Source: Alphaproteobacteria bacterium (GTDB lineage Bacteria > Pseudomonadota > Alphaproteobacteria > Bin95). Taken from it: a stretch of 64,000 bases of DNA. Location of the stretch: assembly GCA_964291285.2 (NCBI GenBank), contig OZ219788.1, forward strand, positions 544,001 to 608,000, given 5' to 3'. Positions 1 to 9,330 of this stretch are shown piece after piece; within the stretch, counting starts at the first letter, position 1, and each line of letters starts with the position of its first letter. The notes under the pieces are model-generated. The model was given only the letters and a program-made list of their open reading frames with translations. It did no database searches and had not been told where the DNA came from. The position numbers were made by a program, and so were the translations under genes.

Positions 1-173
1 TAGAGCGAAACGCCGCGCAACGCCGCCGTGGTGAGCCGCCGGCGGGCCTCGACCGCGTGGCCGAAGCCGCGCTTGCTGCCTTCGCCCTCGACCGCCAGCG
101 CCGACCCGCCGGCGACCGCTGCCGCTATCGCCTCCTCGAGTTCGGCCTCATTGTGGGGCGCCAGCTCCTCCAT
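1..173 (-). CDS. glcE: glycolate oxidase FAD-binding subunit GlcE, 5' part (runs off the window)
   Basis: Manual translation MEELAPHNEAELEEAIAAAVAGGSALAVEGEGSKRGFG...; lies directly downstream of glcD and resembles the GlcE N-terminus. Confidence 0.8.
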   Translation of the reverse strand, partial: MEELAPHNEAELEEAIAAAVAGGSALAVEGEGSKRGFGHAVEARRRLTTAALRGVSL

Positions 174-196
174 GCTGCCGGGTCCGGCAGGCCGGC

Positions 197-1690
197 TCAG
201 AAGCGCGGCAGGTCCGGGAAGGGCAGGGCGCCGCCCCGGACATGCATCCGCCCGAGCTCGGCGCAGCGCCGCAAGGTCGGGAAGACCTTGCCGGGATTGA
301 GCCGGTGCTCCGGGTCGAAGGCGCATTTGACCCGCTGCTGCTGGTCGAGGTCGGCCTCGGTGAACATCGCGCCCATCAGGTCGCGCTTCTCGACGCCGAC
401 GCCGTGCTCGCCGGTCAGCACGCCGCCGACGGCGACGCAGAGCTTCAATATGTCCGCGCCGAACGCCTCCGCCTTTTCGATGTCGCCCGGCCGGTTGGCG
501 TCGTAGAGGATCAGCGGGTGCAGATTGCCGTCGCCGGCATGGAACACGTTCGCCACGCGCAGCCCGTGTTCGCCGGCAAGCGCGGTCATGCCGGCCAGCA
601 CTTCCGCCAGCCGGCCGCGCGGGATGGTGCCGTCCATGCAGAGATAGTCCGGCCCGATGGCGCCGACGGCCGGAAAGGAGTTTTTGCGCCCGGCCCAGAA
701 GCGGAGCCGTTCCTCCTCGCTCTCGGAGGCCCGGATGGTCGTCGCGCCGGCCGCCCGCGCGATTCCGGACACGCGCCCGACCAGGTGGTCCACCTCGGAG
801 GCCTCGCCGTCGAGCTCGCAGATCAGCAGCGAAGCGGCGTCCGTCGGGTAGCCGCAGGGCTGGAAGTCCTCGGTCGCGCGGATCGCCGGCCCGTCCATCA
901 TCTCCAGCCCGCCGGGGATGATGCCTGCCGCGATGATGTCGGCGACGCAGGTGGCGCCCGCCTCGACCGTCGGGAAGGCGAGCAGCAGGCCGCGCGCGGT
1001 CTCGGGCTTCGGCAGCAGGCGCACCGTCACCTCGGTGATGACGCCGAGCAGGCCCTCGGAGCCGGTCATCAGCCCCATCAGGTCGTAGCCCTCGGAATCG
1101 AGATGCTTGCCGCCGAGATGCACGATCTCGCCGCCCATCAGCACGATTTCGAGGCCGAGTATGTTGTTGGTGGTCAGCCCGTATTTCAGGCAGTGCACGC
1201 CGCCCGAATTCTCGCCGACATTGCCGCCGATGGAGCACGCGATCTGCGAGGAGGGGTCAGGCGCGTAGTAGAAGCCGCGCTCGGCTACGGCATCGCTGAT
1301 CGCGAGATTGGCCACGCCCGGCTGCACGCGGGCCGAGCGGTTTTCGTAGTCGATCTCCAGGACGCGGTTGAACTTGCCCATGGCGAGCAGGATGCCGTCG
1401 CCGAGCGGCATGGAGCCGCCGGAAAGCGAGGTGCCGGCCCCGCGCGGCACCACCTTCACGTTCATCTCGGCCGCGAGCGCCATGATCGCCTGCACCTGGC
1501 TCACGGTTTCCGGCAGGGCGACGACGAGCGGAAGCTGGCGGTACATGGTGAGCGCGTCGCACTCATAGGCGCGCATCGCCGTCTCTTCGGCGATCACGCT
1601 CGCGTCGGGCAGGATCGCGCGCAGCCGGCGGATCAGCCGGTCGCGGTTCTCCAGGATCGCCGCCTCGGGCGCCGGCATGGTGAGCGACAT
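197..1690 (-). CDS. glcD: glycolate oxidase subunit GlcD (FAD-linked oxidase)
   Basis: PRGAGTSLSGG, APDPSSQIACSIGGN, HAGDGNLHP, GEHGVGVEK and LNPGK motifs. Confidence 0.93.
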   Translation of the reverse strand: MSLTMPAPEAAILENRDRLIRRLRAILPDASVIAEETAMRAYECDALTMYRQLPLVVALPETVSQVQAIMALAAEMNVKVVPRGAGTSLSGGSMPLGDGILLAMGKFNRVLEIDYENRSARVQPGVANLAISDAVAERGFYYAPDPSSQIACSIGGNVGENSGGVHCLKYGLTTNNILGLEIVLMGGEIVHLGGKHLDSEGYDLMGLMTGSEGLLGVITEVTVRLLPKPETARGLLLAFPTVEAGATCVADIIAAGIIPGGLEMMDGPAIRATEDFQPCGYPTDAASLLICELDGEASEVDHLVGRVSGIARAAGATTIRASESEEERLRFWAGRKNSFPAVGAIGPDYLCMDGTIPRGRLAEVLAGMTALAGEHGLRVANVFHAGDGNLHPLILYDANRPGDIEKAEAFGADILKLCVAVGGVLTGEHGVGVEKRDLMGAMFTEADLDQQQRVKCAFDPEHRLNPGKVFPTLRRCAELGRMHVRGGALPFPDLPRF

Positions 1691-1945
1691 GGGCAGAGGC
1701 CTCCCCGACCGCCCGCCAGTCTAGGGCCTTTCCGGCGGGAACGGAAACGGCGGACCAGTGATTGGTGAATAGTGGATCGAAGGAAGTGTGGCCGCCTCCC
1801 ACCGCCGCGTAGAGGGTACGCCACGCATACGGGCTCCCGACCTTGAGCTACTCCCTCGTCACCCCGGACGAGCAAGGCGGCGATTCGGGGCGACAAGAGG
1901 ATCGGCCGCGGTGATAATGGGGCTGCCTTGAGTTCGGAGCCCTCT

Positions 1946-3124
1946 ATGCCCCGCTTTGTTGTTTGCGCCCTCACCGCCTTCATATGGCCGGCCATATCTT
2001 CCGCCGCAGATTGCGGCAACTGGAATACATTGGAGTTCTTCAAAGGCACTGTTCCCGAAAGTGTTCGGACTTGCCTTGCTGCCGGCGCTGACCCCAATGC
2101 GCGTGCAGACACAGACAAGGATATGACGCCGTTGCACATGGCAGCGTTCGCCAACGGAGACCCGGCGGTTATGGCGGTCCTTCTCGACGCAGGCGCCGAC
2201 CCCAACGCGAGGGCAGATAGGGGCTGGACGCCGCTGCACATGGCGATATTCGCCAACGGGGATCTAACGGTTCTAGCGACCCTTCTTGGTGCCGACGTTG
2301 ATTCGAAGGCGCAGAACGGCGGTAGCCCGATACGTCCGTACGCGCCTGCAGCCATGAACGACAACCTGGCAATCGTCGCGATCCTCCTCGACGCGGGCGC
2401 TGACCCCAACGCGCGGGTCGATAAGGGCTTGACGCCGCTGCAGATAGCAGCGTCCGTCAGCAGGGACCCGGCGGTTCTGGCCGCCCTTCTTGATGCCGGC
2501 GCCGATCCGAAGGCGCGAAGCGAAGGCGGCTCGACACCTCTACACGCGGCTGCAATCATGAACGACAATCCGGCAGTCGTCACAGCGCTGCTTGACGTCG
2601 GCGTTGATCCAAACGCTAGGGAAGATCAAGGTTGGAGCCCCCTTCACGCTGCGGCGCGCCACAACCGGAACCCGGCGGTTCTGGCCGCCCTGCTCGATGC
2701 TGGCGCCGACCCGAAGGCACGGGAGGAATACAACCAGACGCCTTTGCATCTGGCGGCAGCACACAGCGAGAATCCGGCCGTTCTGACAGTGCTCCTCAAT
2801 GCTGGCGCTGACCCCAACGCGCAAGCAACTAGAGGCCTTACGCCCCTTCATATGGCTGCGGTCGGCACCAAGAATCCGGCAATCGTGACGGTGCTGCTCA
2901 ATGCCGGAGCTGACCCGAAAGCGCAAGCCGGTGGAAGCTGGACGCCGCTGCATGTGGCTGCAATGAAGAGCGAGAACCCGGCAGTCGTGGCAGCGTTGCT
3001 TGACGCCGGTGCCGACCCGAAGGCGCGATCTCATGACGGCAACACTCCTTGGGACTTGGCGAAGGACCGAGAGGCTCTGAAGGGAAGCGACGCCTATTGG
3101 CGGCTCAATGACGGGCGTTTCTGA
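1946..3124 (+). CDS. secreted ankyrin-repeat protein (~9-10 repeats)
   Basis: Signal-peptide-like N-terminus MPRFVVCALTAFIWPAISSA; repeated TPLH(x)AA...LLDAGADPNAR units of ~34 aa. Confidence 0.92.
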   Translation: MPRFVVCALTAFIWPAISSAADCGNWNTLEFFKGTVPESVRTCLAAGADPNARADTDKDMTPLHMAAFANGDPAVMAVLLDAGADPNARADRGWTPLHMAIFANGDLTVLATLLGADVDSKAQNGGSPIRPYAPAAMNDNLAIVAILLDAGADPNARVDKGLTPLQIAASVSRDPAVLAALLDAGADPKARSEGGSTPLHAAAIMNDNPAVVTALLDVGVDPNAREDQGWSPLHAAARHNRNPAVLAALLDAGADPKAREEYNQTPLHLAAAHSENPAVLTVLLNAGADPNAQATRGLTPLHMAAVGTKNPAIVTVLLNAGADPKAQAGGSWTPLHVAAMKSENPAVVAALLDAGADPKARSHDGNTPWDLAKDREALKGSDAYWRLNDGRF

Positions 3125-3216
3125 ACGAGTCCCGCCACGCGAACAGTCCCCTGTGCCTTCCCTGCTTCCGCAGCCGCGCTATGCTGGCCGCCAGGATAGC
3201 GGCGGAGGGCCGGGCT

Positions 3217-4389
3217 ATGGCGGGCGGCACGTGGATTTCCTTTCCCCACAGCGAGGGCGAGACCAACCGGCGGGCGCATGTCCAACTGCCGGACGGGCGC
3301 TTCGAGCGCGAACTGGGCCGCGAGGGCTTCTTCGGCCCGGCGGCGCACATGTACCACCGCAACCCGCCGACCGCCTGGACCGGCTGGGAAGGGCCGCTCC
3401 GCCCCCGCGCCTTCGACCTCAACAGGCTTCCCGCCGCCGCCTCTCCGTGGGAAGCCCGGCGGGTGCTGCACAACGCCCATGTCGATTACCGCTTCTGGCG
3501 CGCCGAGGGGCGGATGGACCACCTCGTCCGCAACGGGGACGGCGACGACCTGCTCTTCCTGCACCGCGGCAGCGGCGACTTCTTCTGCGATTACGGGCGG
3601 CTTCCGGTCGAGCAGGGCGACTATGTCGTCATCCCGCGCGGCACCATGTGGCGGCTCGACGCCGAGGGGCCGACAGAGGCGCTGCTGATCGAGGCGACCG
3701 GCGGTTTCTACCGGCTGCCGGAAAAGGGCATGGTCGGCCGCCATGCGGTGTTCGACCCGGCCGCGCTCGTCCTGCCCCGCATAGACGACGCCTTCCGCGC
3801 CCAGCAGGGGCCGGGCACATGGCAGGTGCGGATCAAGCGCCGGGGCCGGATCAGCTGCGCGACCTTCCCCTTCAACCCGCTCGACGCCGTCGGCTGGCAT
3901 GGCGACCTTTCCGTCGCCAAGCTCAATGTGCGCGAAATCCGCCCGCTGATGAGCCACCGCTACCACCTGCCGCCCTCGGCGCACACCACCTTCGTCGCCG
4001 ACCGTTTCGTCGTCTGCACCTTTGCGCCCCGCCCGGCCGAGACCGACCCGGAGGCGCTCAAGGTGCCGTTCTTCCACAACAATGACGATTACGACGAGGT
4101 GATCTTCTACCACTCCGGCGACTTCTTCAGCCGCGACGGCATCGACGCCGGCATGGTGACATTGCACCCCTGCGGTTTCGCCCACGGCCCCCATCCCAAG
4201 GCGCTGGCCCGCATGCTCGGGGGCGGCAAGGCCTTTCTCGACGAATATGCCGTCATGCTGGACACGCGCGATGCGCTCGACGTCGCCGAGCTGCCGGAGG
4301 ACGTCGAATGGGCCGGCTATGTCGACAGTTGGGAGGGCGCGCTTGCCTTCGCGCCCGACGCGCCGGAAAACGGAGGCGGCGGGACGTAG
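3217..4389 (+). CDS. hmgA: homogentisate 1,2-dioxygenase
   Basis: RNGDGDDL, IPRG, PLDAVGWHG, HLPPSAH, PFFHNNDDYDEV and HGPHP motifs. Confidence 0.88.
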   Translation: MAGGTWISFPHSEGETNRRAHVQLPDGRFERELGREGFFGPAAHMYHRNPPTAWTGWEGPLRPRAFDLNRLPAAASPWEARRVLHNAHVDYRFWRAEGRMDHLVRNGDGDDLLFLHRGSGDFFCDYGRLPVEQGDYVVIPRGTMWRLDAEGPTEALLIEATGGFYRLPEKGMVGRHAVFDPAALVLPRIDDAFRAQQGPGTWQVRIKRRGRISCATFPFNPLDAVGWHGDLSVAKLNVREIRPLMSHRYHLPPSAHTTFVADRFVVCTFAPRPAETDPEALKVPFFHNNDDYDEVIFYHSGDFFSRDGIDAGMVTLHPCGFAHGPHPKALARMLGGGKAFLDEYAVMLDTRDALDVAELPEDVEWAGYVDSWEGALAFAPDAPENGGGGT

Positions 4390-4407
4390 CTGCTCGCGGG
4401 AAGCGCA

Positions 4408-6267
4408 ATGCGCCCGGCCTCTGTGCTGAAGTGGACCGGGCTGGCGCTCGCCCTCATCGCCGCGGCCGCCACCGCGGCACTCCTTTCGGTCGATGTCGGC
4501 AGCTACCGGGAAGAAATTGCCGCGGAATTCCGCAAGGCGACCGGCCGCGACCTCACTATCGGCGGCGACATGGACCTGTCAATTTCGCTCAGTCCCGCCG
4601 TGGTCGTGGAGCGGGTCTCCGTCGCCAATGCCGGCTGGGGCTCGCGCCCGGTCATGGCGGCAATCGAGCGCGCCGAGGCGGAAGTCGAATTGCTTTCGCT
4701 GCTCGCCGGCGATATCCGCGTGACCCGGCTCATCCTCGTCGAGCCCGACATCCTGTTCGAGACGAATGCGGCCGGCCTTTCCAACTGGCGGACAGGACCG
4801 TCTTCGGAGGACCGGTCCGCTGCGCCTGCCGGCTCCGGAGAGGCGGACAGGGAAGGCAGGGCGGACGGTGCGCCGCCGGTGCCGCTCTTCAACCATGTGG
4901 AAATCCGCCGGGGGCGCCTGACCTACAGGGACGCGCGGACCGGCGGGGAAATGCGCCTCGACCTCGAACGCGTGTCGGCAAAGACGGACTCTTTCAGCGC
5001 GCCGCTGAAGATAGAGGCCGCAGGCGCGTGGAACGGAAGCCCGTTTTCGATCTCGGGCGCTGCCGACTCCCTGGCCGGCATCGCTGCGGGCGGCCCGGTG
5101 GGCATCGACTTCGAGGCCGCGCTCGGGGCCAGCGACCTCTCCGGCCGGATCGAGCTTGCGCTGGCGGGGCTCCGCCCGCGCCTTGCCGGGACGCTGGCGT
5201 CAGACGCAATCGACCCCGCAGGACTGCGGCGGGGGTCGGCCGGCAGCGGGCGTCCCGCCGCTCCGGGCGGTGAGGCCGGGCCGGAAAAGCCGCCGCCGGA
5301 CCGGGTTTTCCCCGATGACCCGCTTCCGCTGGACGGACTGAAGTCGGTCGATCTGGATCTGACGCTCAGCATCGGGACGCTGGCCGGCCATGCGGTTCCG
5401 GTCGGCGCGGTGGAGTCCCGTATCAGGCTCGATCACGGCGCGCTGGCGGTAAGGCCGTTGCGGGCGCGTGTCGCCGGGAGCCCGGTAGAGGGCGAGCTTC
5501 ACCTCGACGCGCGCCGCGCGCCGCCCCGGCTCCGCCTCGCGGCAAGAGCTGACGGGTTCGATCTCGGCCGCCTGCTGGCGGAGGCCGGCGTCACCGACCT
5601 CTTCGAGGGGAAAGCAAGGGCGAGGATCGATCTCTCGGGCGCCGGCCGGTCCGTCGCCGCGCTGATGGCCGGCCTCGACGGCGATGTCAGGCTCGTTGGC
5701 GGGAGCGGACGGCTGAAGACGCAGGCGTTCGATGCGGCGGCAGGTGGCGCGAGCGCCCTTCTGGGCACGCTGTTCTCGGGCCGGCAGCAATGGACGGTCG
5801 TCAATTGCGCCATCGCTTCCGTCGGCATCGAGAAGGGGCGCGCGACCGGCCGGGCGGTGCTGATCGACACCGAGTATTCAACCGTCGCCGCCAGCGGCAT
5901 GGCGGACCTGGCCTCGGAAACCCTCGACCTCGTCGTCGAGCCCCGGGCGAAATCGGCAACTCTCAATGTCGCAGTCCCGGTCCATATACGAGGTAGTTTC
6001 GCCGAGCCGAAAATCCGGCCCGACACCGGCGCGGTGCTGAAGAAGCTCGGCGGCCTCGCGGCGCTCGCCCTGTTTCCGCCGGCCGCCATCGTTGGCCTCG
6101 GCGAACTCGGCGGCGGTGACAATGAATGCCTGAAGGCCGCCGCCGGCCCCGGGCCGCGCGCCACGTCGCCGGAAAAGGCCGTCCGGGAACTCAAGGACAA
6201 TCTCAAGGGCGCCGTGCAGGATATCGGCCGCGGCCTGAAGGGCCTGTTCCGCCGCAAGAAGGACTGA
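4408..6267 (+). CDS. AsmA family protein
   Basis: N-terminal TM anchor, ATGRDLTIGGD, C-terminal VPVHIRGSFAEP. Confidence 0.85.
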   Translation: MRPASVLKWTGLALALIAAAATAALLSVDVGSYREEIAAEFRKATGRDLTIGGDMDLSISLSPAVVVERVSVANAGWGSRPVMAAIERAEAEVELLSLLAGDIRVTRLILVEPDILFETNAAGLSNWRTGPSSEDRSAAPAGSGEADREGRADGAPPVPLFNHVEIRRGRLTYRDARTGGEMRLDLERVSAKTDSFSAPLKIEAAGAWNGSPFSISGAADSLAGIAAGGPVGIDFEAALGASDLSGRIELALAGLRPRLAGTLASDAIDPAGLRRGSAGSGRPAAPGGEAGPEKPPPDRVFPDDPLPLDGLKSVDLDLTLSIGTLAGHAVPVGAVESRIRLDHGALAVRPLRARVAGSPVEGELHLDARRAPPRLRLAARADGFDLGRLLAEAGVTDLFEGKARARIDLSGAGRSVAALMAGLDGDVRLVGGSGRLKTQAFDAAAGGASALLGTLFSGRQQWTVVNCAIASVGIEKGRATGRAVLIDTEYSTVAASGMADLASETLDLVVEPRAKSATLNVAVPVHIRGSFAEPKIRPDTGAVLKKLGGLAALALFPPAAIVGLGELGGGDNECLKAAAGPGPRATSPEKAVRELKDNLKGAVQDIGRGLKGLFRRKKD

Positions 6268-6366
6268 GCCCGAACCTCGACAGGCACGGCTCGTCCCGTC
6301 ATGCTCGCGCTTCGTGAACAGCCGGTCCCGGGCCCGGACAGTCCGCCAGAGGAAGGCCAAGCGCCG

Positions 6367-7005
6367 ATGAAGCTCTATGTCTGGAATATCGCGCCGAACC
6401 CGCGCCGGGTGGTCATCTATCTGGCGGAGAAGGGGATCGAGGTGCCGATGGAGGAGGCGGGTATTCCCGGCAAGCCGGCCCTCGACCCGGCCTTTCTCGA
6501 AAAGGCGCCCTACCGCCGGGTGCCGCTGTTGGAGCTCGATGACGGCACGCTGATCTCCGAGGCCATGGCGATCTGCCGCTATTTCGAGGCGCAGCATCCC
6601 GACCCGCCGCTGATGGGCGCGGACGCGCTGGAGATGGCGCGCGTCGAGATGTGGGAGCGGATGTCCGAGTTCGAGGGGCTGTTCGCCGTGGCCGAATCCT
6701 TCCGCAACGCCAAGCGCAGCTTCGCCGGCCGCGCGCTGCCCGGGATTCCCGGCGAGAGCGCCCAGATCCCCGAACTGATCGAACGCGGCAGGCAGCGGGC
6801 CGCGCTCTATTTCGACCGCCTCGACGCCCGCCTCGGCGAGTCGCGGTTCCTGGCAGGCGAGCGCTTCACCACCGCCGACATCACCGCCTTCTGCACCGTC
6901 GATTTCGCCAGGTTCATCGAGATGGACGCATCCGACGGCCGCCGCCATATCGCGCGCTGGCAGGCGGAGGTCGCGGCGCGGCCCAGCATCCGCGGGACCG
7001 CGTAG
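6367..7005 (+). CDS. glutathione S-transferase family protein
   Basis: APNPRRVVIYLAEKG, VPLLELDDGTLISE, FLAGERFTTADI. Confidence 0.9.
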   Translation: MKLYVWNIAPNPRRVVIYLAEKGIEVPMEEAGIPGKPALDPAFLEKAPYRRVPLLELDDGTLISEAMAICRYFEAQHPDPPLMGADALEMARVEMWERMSEFEGLFAVAESFRNAKRSFAGRALPGIPGESAQIPELIERGRQRAALYFDRLDARLGESRFLAGERFTTADITAFCTVDFARFIEMDASDGRRHIARWQAEVAARPSIRGTA

Positions 7006-7017
7006 CCGCCGGCCCCG

Positions 7018-7350
7018 TCAATCGATAATCAGAAGGGCTGCTTCCCGGGCTTCTTCAAAGTCGCGAAGATCGCCCGCGCGCCGTCTCAACGCCGCAACGA
7101 TATCCGCCGTCGAACAGTTGCCCATACGCACCCAAACGACTTTCGGCGGCGCCCCGGCAAGAAAACTCAATTGCCGGAAATCCCCGTCCTTGGAAACTAT
7201 GGCGCACCGGTTTTCAATAGCGAATTGCCAGACGGTGCGATCATCGGCTTCCCCCAGTCCGGCATCCAGAACATGCTGCGAATCCGGGAATAGGTCGGCA
7301 AGCAACTGCACGAGCCTTGGCGACAGGTTCTGGTCGAAGAGCAGCCTCAC
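7018..7350 (-). CDS. DUF5615-family PIN-like toxin
   Basis: MRLLFDQNLS...IVSKDGDF...PPKVVW; overlaps the DUF433 gene. Confidence 0.85.
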   Translation of the reverse strand: MRLLFDQNLSPRLVQLLADLFPDSQHVLDAGLGEADDRTVWQFAIENRCAIVSKDGDFRQLSFLAGAPPKVVWVRMGNCSTADIVAALRRRAGDLRDFEEAREAALLIID

Positions 7351-7577
7351 TCGGCTGCGGGAGACATCAACTTGCGCTCCCGGTCGGCGGCAAACGCGAG
7401 GCAGGCGCGGATATCCTCTTCGACGAGATACGGGAAGTCTTCGAGGATTTCCGGGACGGTCATGCCGGAGGCGAGATAGTCGAGGACATCGTAAACGGTG
7501 ATCCGCATGCCCCGGATGCAGGGCTGGCCGCCGCGTTTGCCGGGCTCGATGGTAATGCGGCCGTCATAGTCCGCCAC
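7347..7577 (-). CDS. DUF433 antitoxin
   Basis: RITIEPGKRGGQPCIRGMRITVYDVL...EDIRACLAFAA; GTG start chosen. Confidence 0.88.
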   Translation of the reverse strand: MADYDGRITIEPGKRGGQPCIRGMRITVYDVLDYLASGMTVPEILEDFPYLVEEDIRACLAFAADRERKLMSPAAE

Positions 7578-7692
7578 TGCCGGCGCCTCCTGACGCTGCC
7601 CGCCGGAACAATTGCCCGACTGTAGCAGACCAGCCCGGCCGGCGTCACCCCGGCCTCGACAGGCTCGGCCCGCCGCGCCATGCTCGTGCCCC

Positions 7693-8238
7693 ATGACCGG
7701 CGCCCCCTTCATCCGCACCGTGCCCGAGGGCGACGACCGGGAGCGGCTGGTTTGCGCCGATTGCGGGCATATCGCCTATGAGAACCCGAAGATCGTGGTG
7801 GGCTCGGTCGCAGTGCTGGGCGACCGGCTGCTGCTCTGCCGGCGCGCCATCGAGCCGCGCAAGGGCTTCTGGACCCTGCCGGCGGGCTATCTGGAACTGC
7901 ACGAGACGCCGGAGGACGGGGCGAAGCGGGAAGCGGTCGAGGAAGCCTGCGCCGCTATCGAGATCGACCGGCTGCTCGCCGTCTTCTCCATCCCGCGGCT
8001 CTCGCAGGTGCAGCTCATCTTCCGCGCGCGCCTCGCTTCGCCCGAGATCGCGCCCGGACCGGAGAGCACCGATGTCCGGCTTGCGCGCTGGGAGGAGATT
8101 CCCTGGGACGAGATCGCCTTCCCATCGGTCCGCTGGTCGCTCGACGCCTGGCGACAGACGCTGGACCAGGTGGATTTCGCGCCCCTCGGCAACCCGCCGG
8201 GCGAAACCGGCGACATGCGCGCCGGCAGGCCGGACTAG
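7693..8238 (+). CDS. NUDIX hydrolase (Zn-ribbon type)
   Basis: CADCG, YENPK, Nudix box G-YLELHETPEDGAKREAVEE. Confidence 0.9.
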   Translation: MTGAPFIRTVPEGDDRERLVCADCGHIAYENPKIVVGSVAVLGDRLLLCRRAIEPRKGFWTLPAGYLELHETPEDGAKREAVEEACAAIEIDRLLAVFSIPRLSQVQLIFRARLASPEIAPGPESTDVRLARWEEIPWDEIAFPSVRWSLDAWRQTLDQVDFAPLGNPPGETGDMRAGRPD

Positions 8239-8244
8239 GCCCGA

Positions 8245-9330
8245 TCAGACGTAGGGGATCACCTTTTCCATCGTGATCCGCATGGACGACTCGACATGCT
8301 CGATCGGCAGGCCGCCGAGCGTGCTCCAGAGCGCGAACTCGGTGATGCCGAGCTTGTCGCGCAGCTCGCGGAGGCGCGCGATGCATTCCTCCGGGTCGCC
8401 GGCGATGCAGGCGCCGAACTCGTGCAGTTTCTCGAAGTTGAGATAGCCCATCTCGCGCGTCTTCAGCCCCTCGGTCATGGTCAGCTCATAGCCCCTGACC
8501 GGCTTGAAGGACCCCGTCTGCGAGAGCTGGTTGCTCGCCACCTTGTTGTAGAACCACTGCACGCGCTCGCCGAAGATTTCGCGCGCCGCCGCCCCGTCCT
8601 CGTGACAGAAATAGGGCATGAGCATCATGCGCTCGGCCGCCTTCGGGTCGCGGCCGTTGGCCTCGCAGGCCGCCTCGTATCCGGCGAGGTTCTCCTCCAG
8701 CTTCTCGACCCATACCTCCCGGTAGGTGCGGTAGGTGAAGGGCGAGGCCAGCTGCAGGTGGAAGCCCTTCTCCGCCGCCTGGGTGAAGCTCTCCGGCGAG
8801 ATCGACGCCTGATAGACCGGCGGATGCGGCTGCTGGACCGGCTTCGGCAGGCATTCGACGGGATCGGGAATGGGCCAGTGGCGGCCGTCGGGCCGGCTGA
8901 CGGTCTCGTTGGTCCAGGCGTCGAGCACGATGTCGACGCCCTCGTTCATCATCTCGCGCGCTTCCGCCATCGGCACGCCGAGACCGACGAATTCATGCGG
9001 CTGGTAGGCCCGCCCGACGCCGAACAGCAGCCGTCCGTGGCTCAGTATGTCGATCAGCGCGAAGTCGGAGGCGGTTCGCAGCGGATGGTTGAAGGGGATC
9101 GCCACCACGGCCGTGCCGATCCTGATGCGTTTCGTGCGCTGGGCGACGGCGGCGGCATAGACCTGCGTCGAGGTGACGACGCCATAGGTCGAGAACAGGT
9201 GCTCGGCGAGCCAGACCGTGTCGTAGCCGAGTTCCTCCGCCTTCACGAAATAGTCGAGGTCCTCGTCGAACGCCTCCACCCGCCGGGTCTGGTCCGGCAT
9301 CTGGCTCAGGCTGAAGACGGCCCATTTCAT
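8245..9330 (-). CDS. LLM-class flavin-dependent oxidoreductase (luciferase-like)
   Basis: AEELGYDTVWLAEH, DILSHGRL, PKPVQQPHPP. Confidence 0.9.
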   Translation of the reverse strand: MKWAVFSLSQMPDQTRRVEAFDEDLDYFVKAEELGYDTVWLAEHLFSTYGVVTSTQVYAAAVAQRTKRIRIGTAVVAIPFNHPLRTASDFALIDILSHGRLLFGVGRAYQPHEFVGLGVPMAEAREMMNEGVDIVLDAWTNETVSRPDGRHWPIPDPVECLPKPVQQPHPPVYQASISPESFTQAAEKGFHLQLASPFTYRTYREVWVEKLEENLAGYEAACEANGRDPKAAERMMLMPYFCHEDGAAAREIFGERVQWFYNKVASNQLSQTGSFKPVRGYELTMTEGLKTREMGYLNFEKLHEFGACIAGDPEECIARLRELRDKLGITEFALWSTLGGLPIEHVESSMRITMEKVIPYV

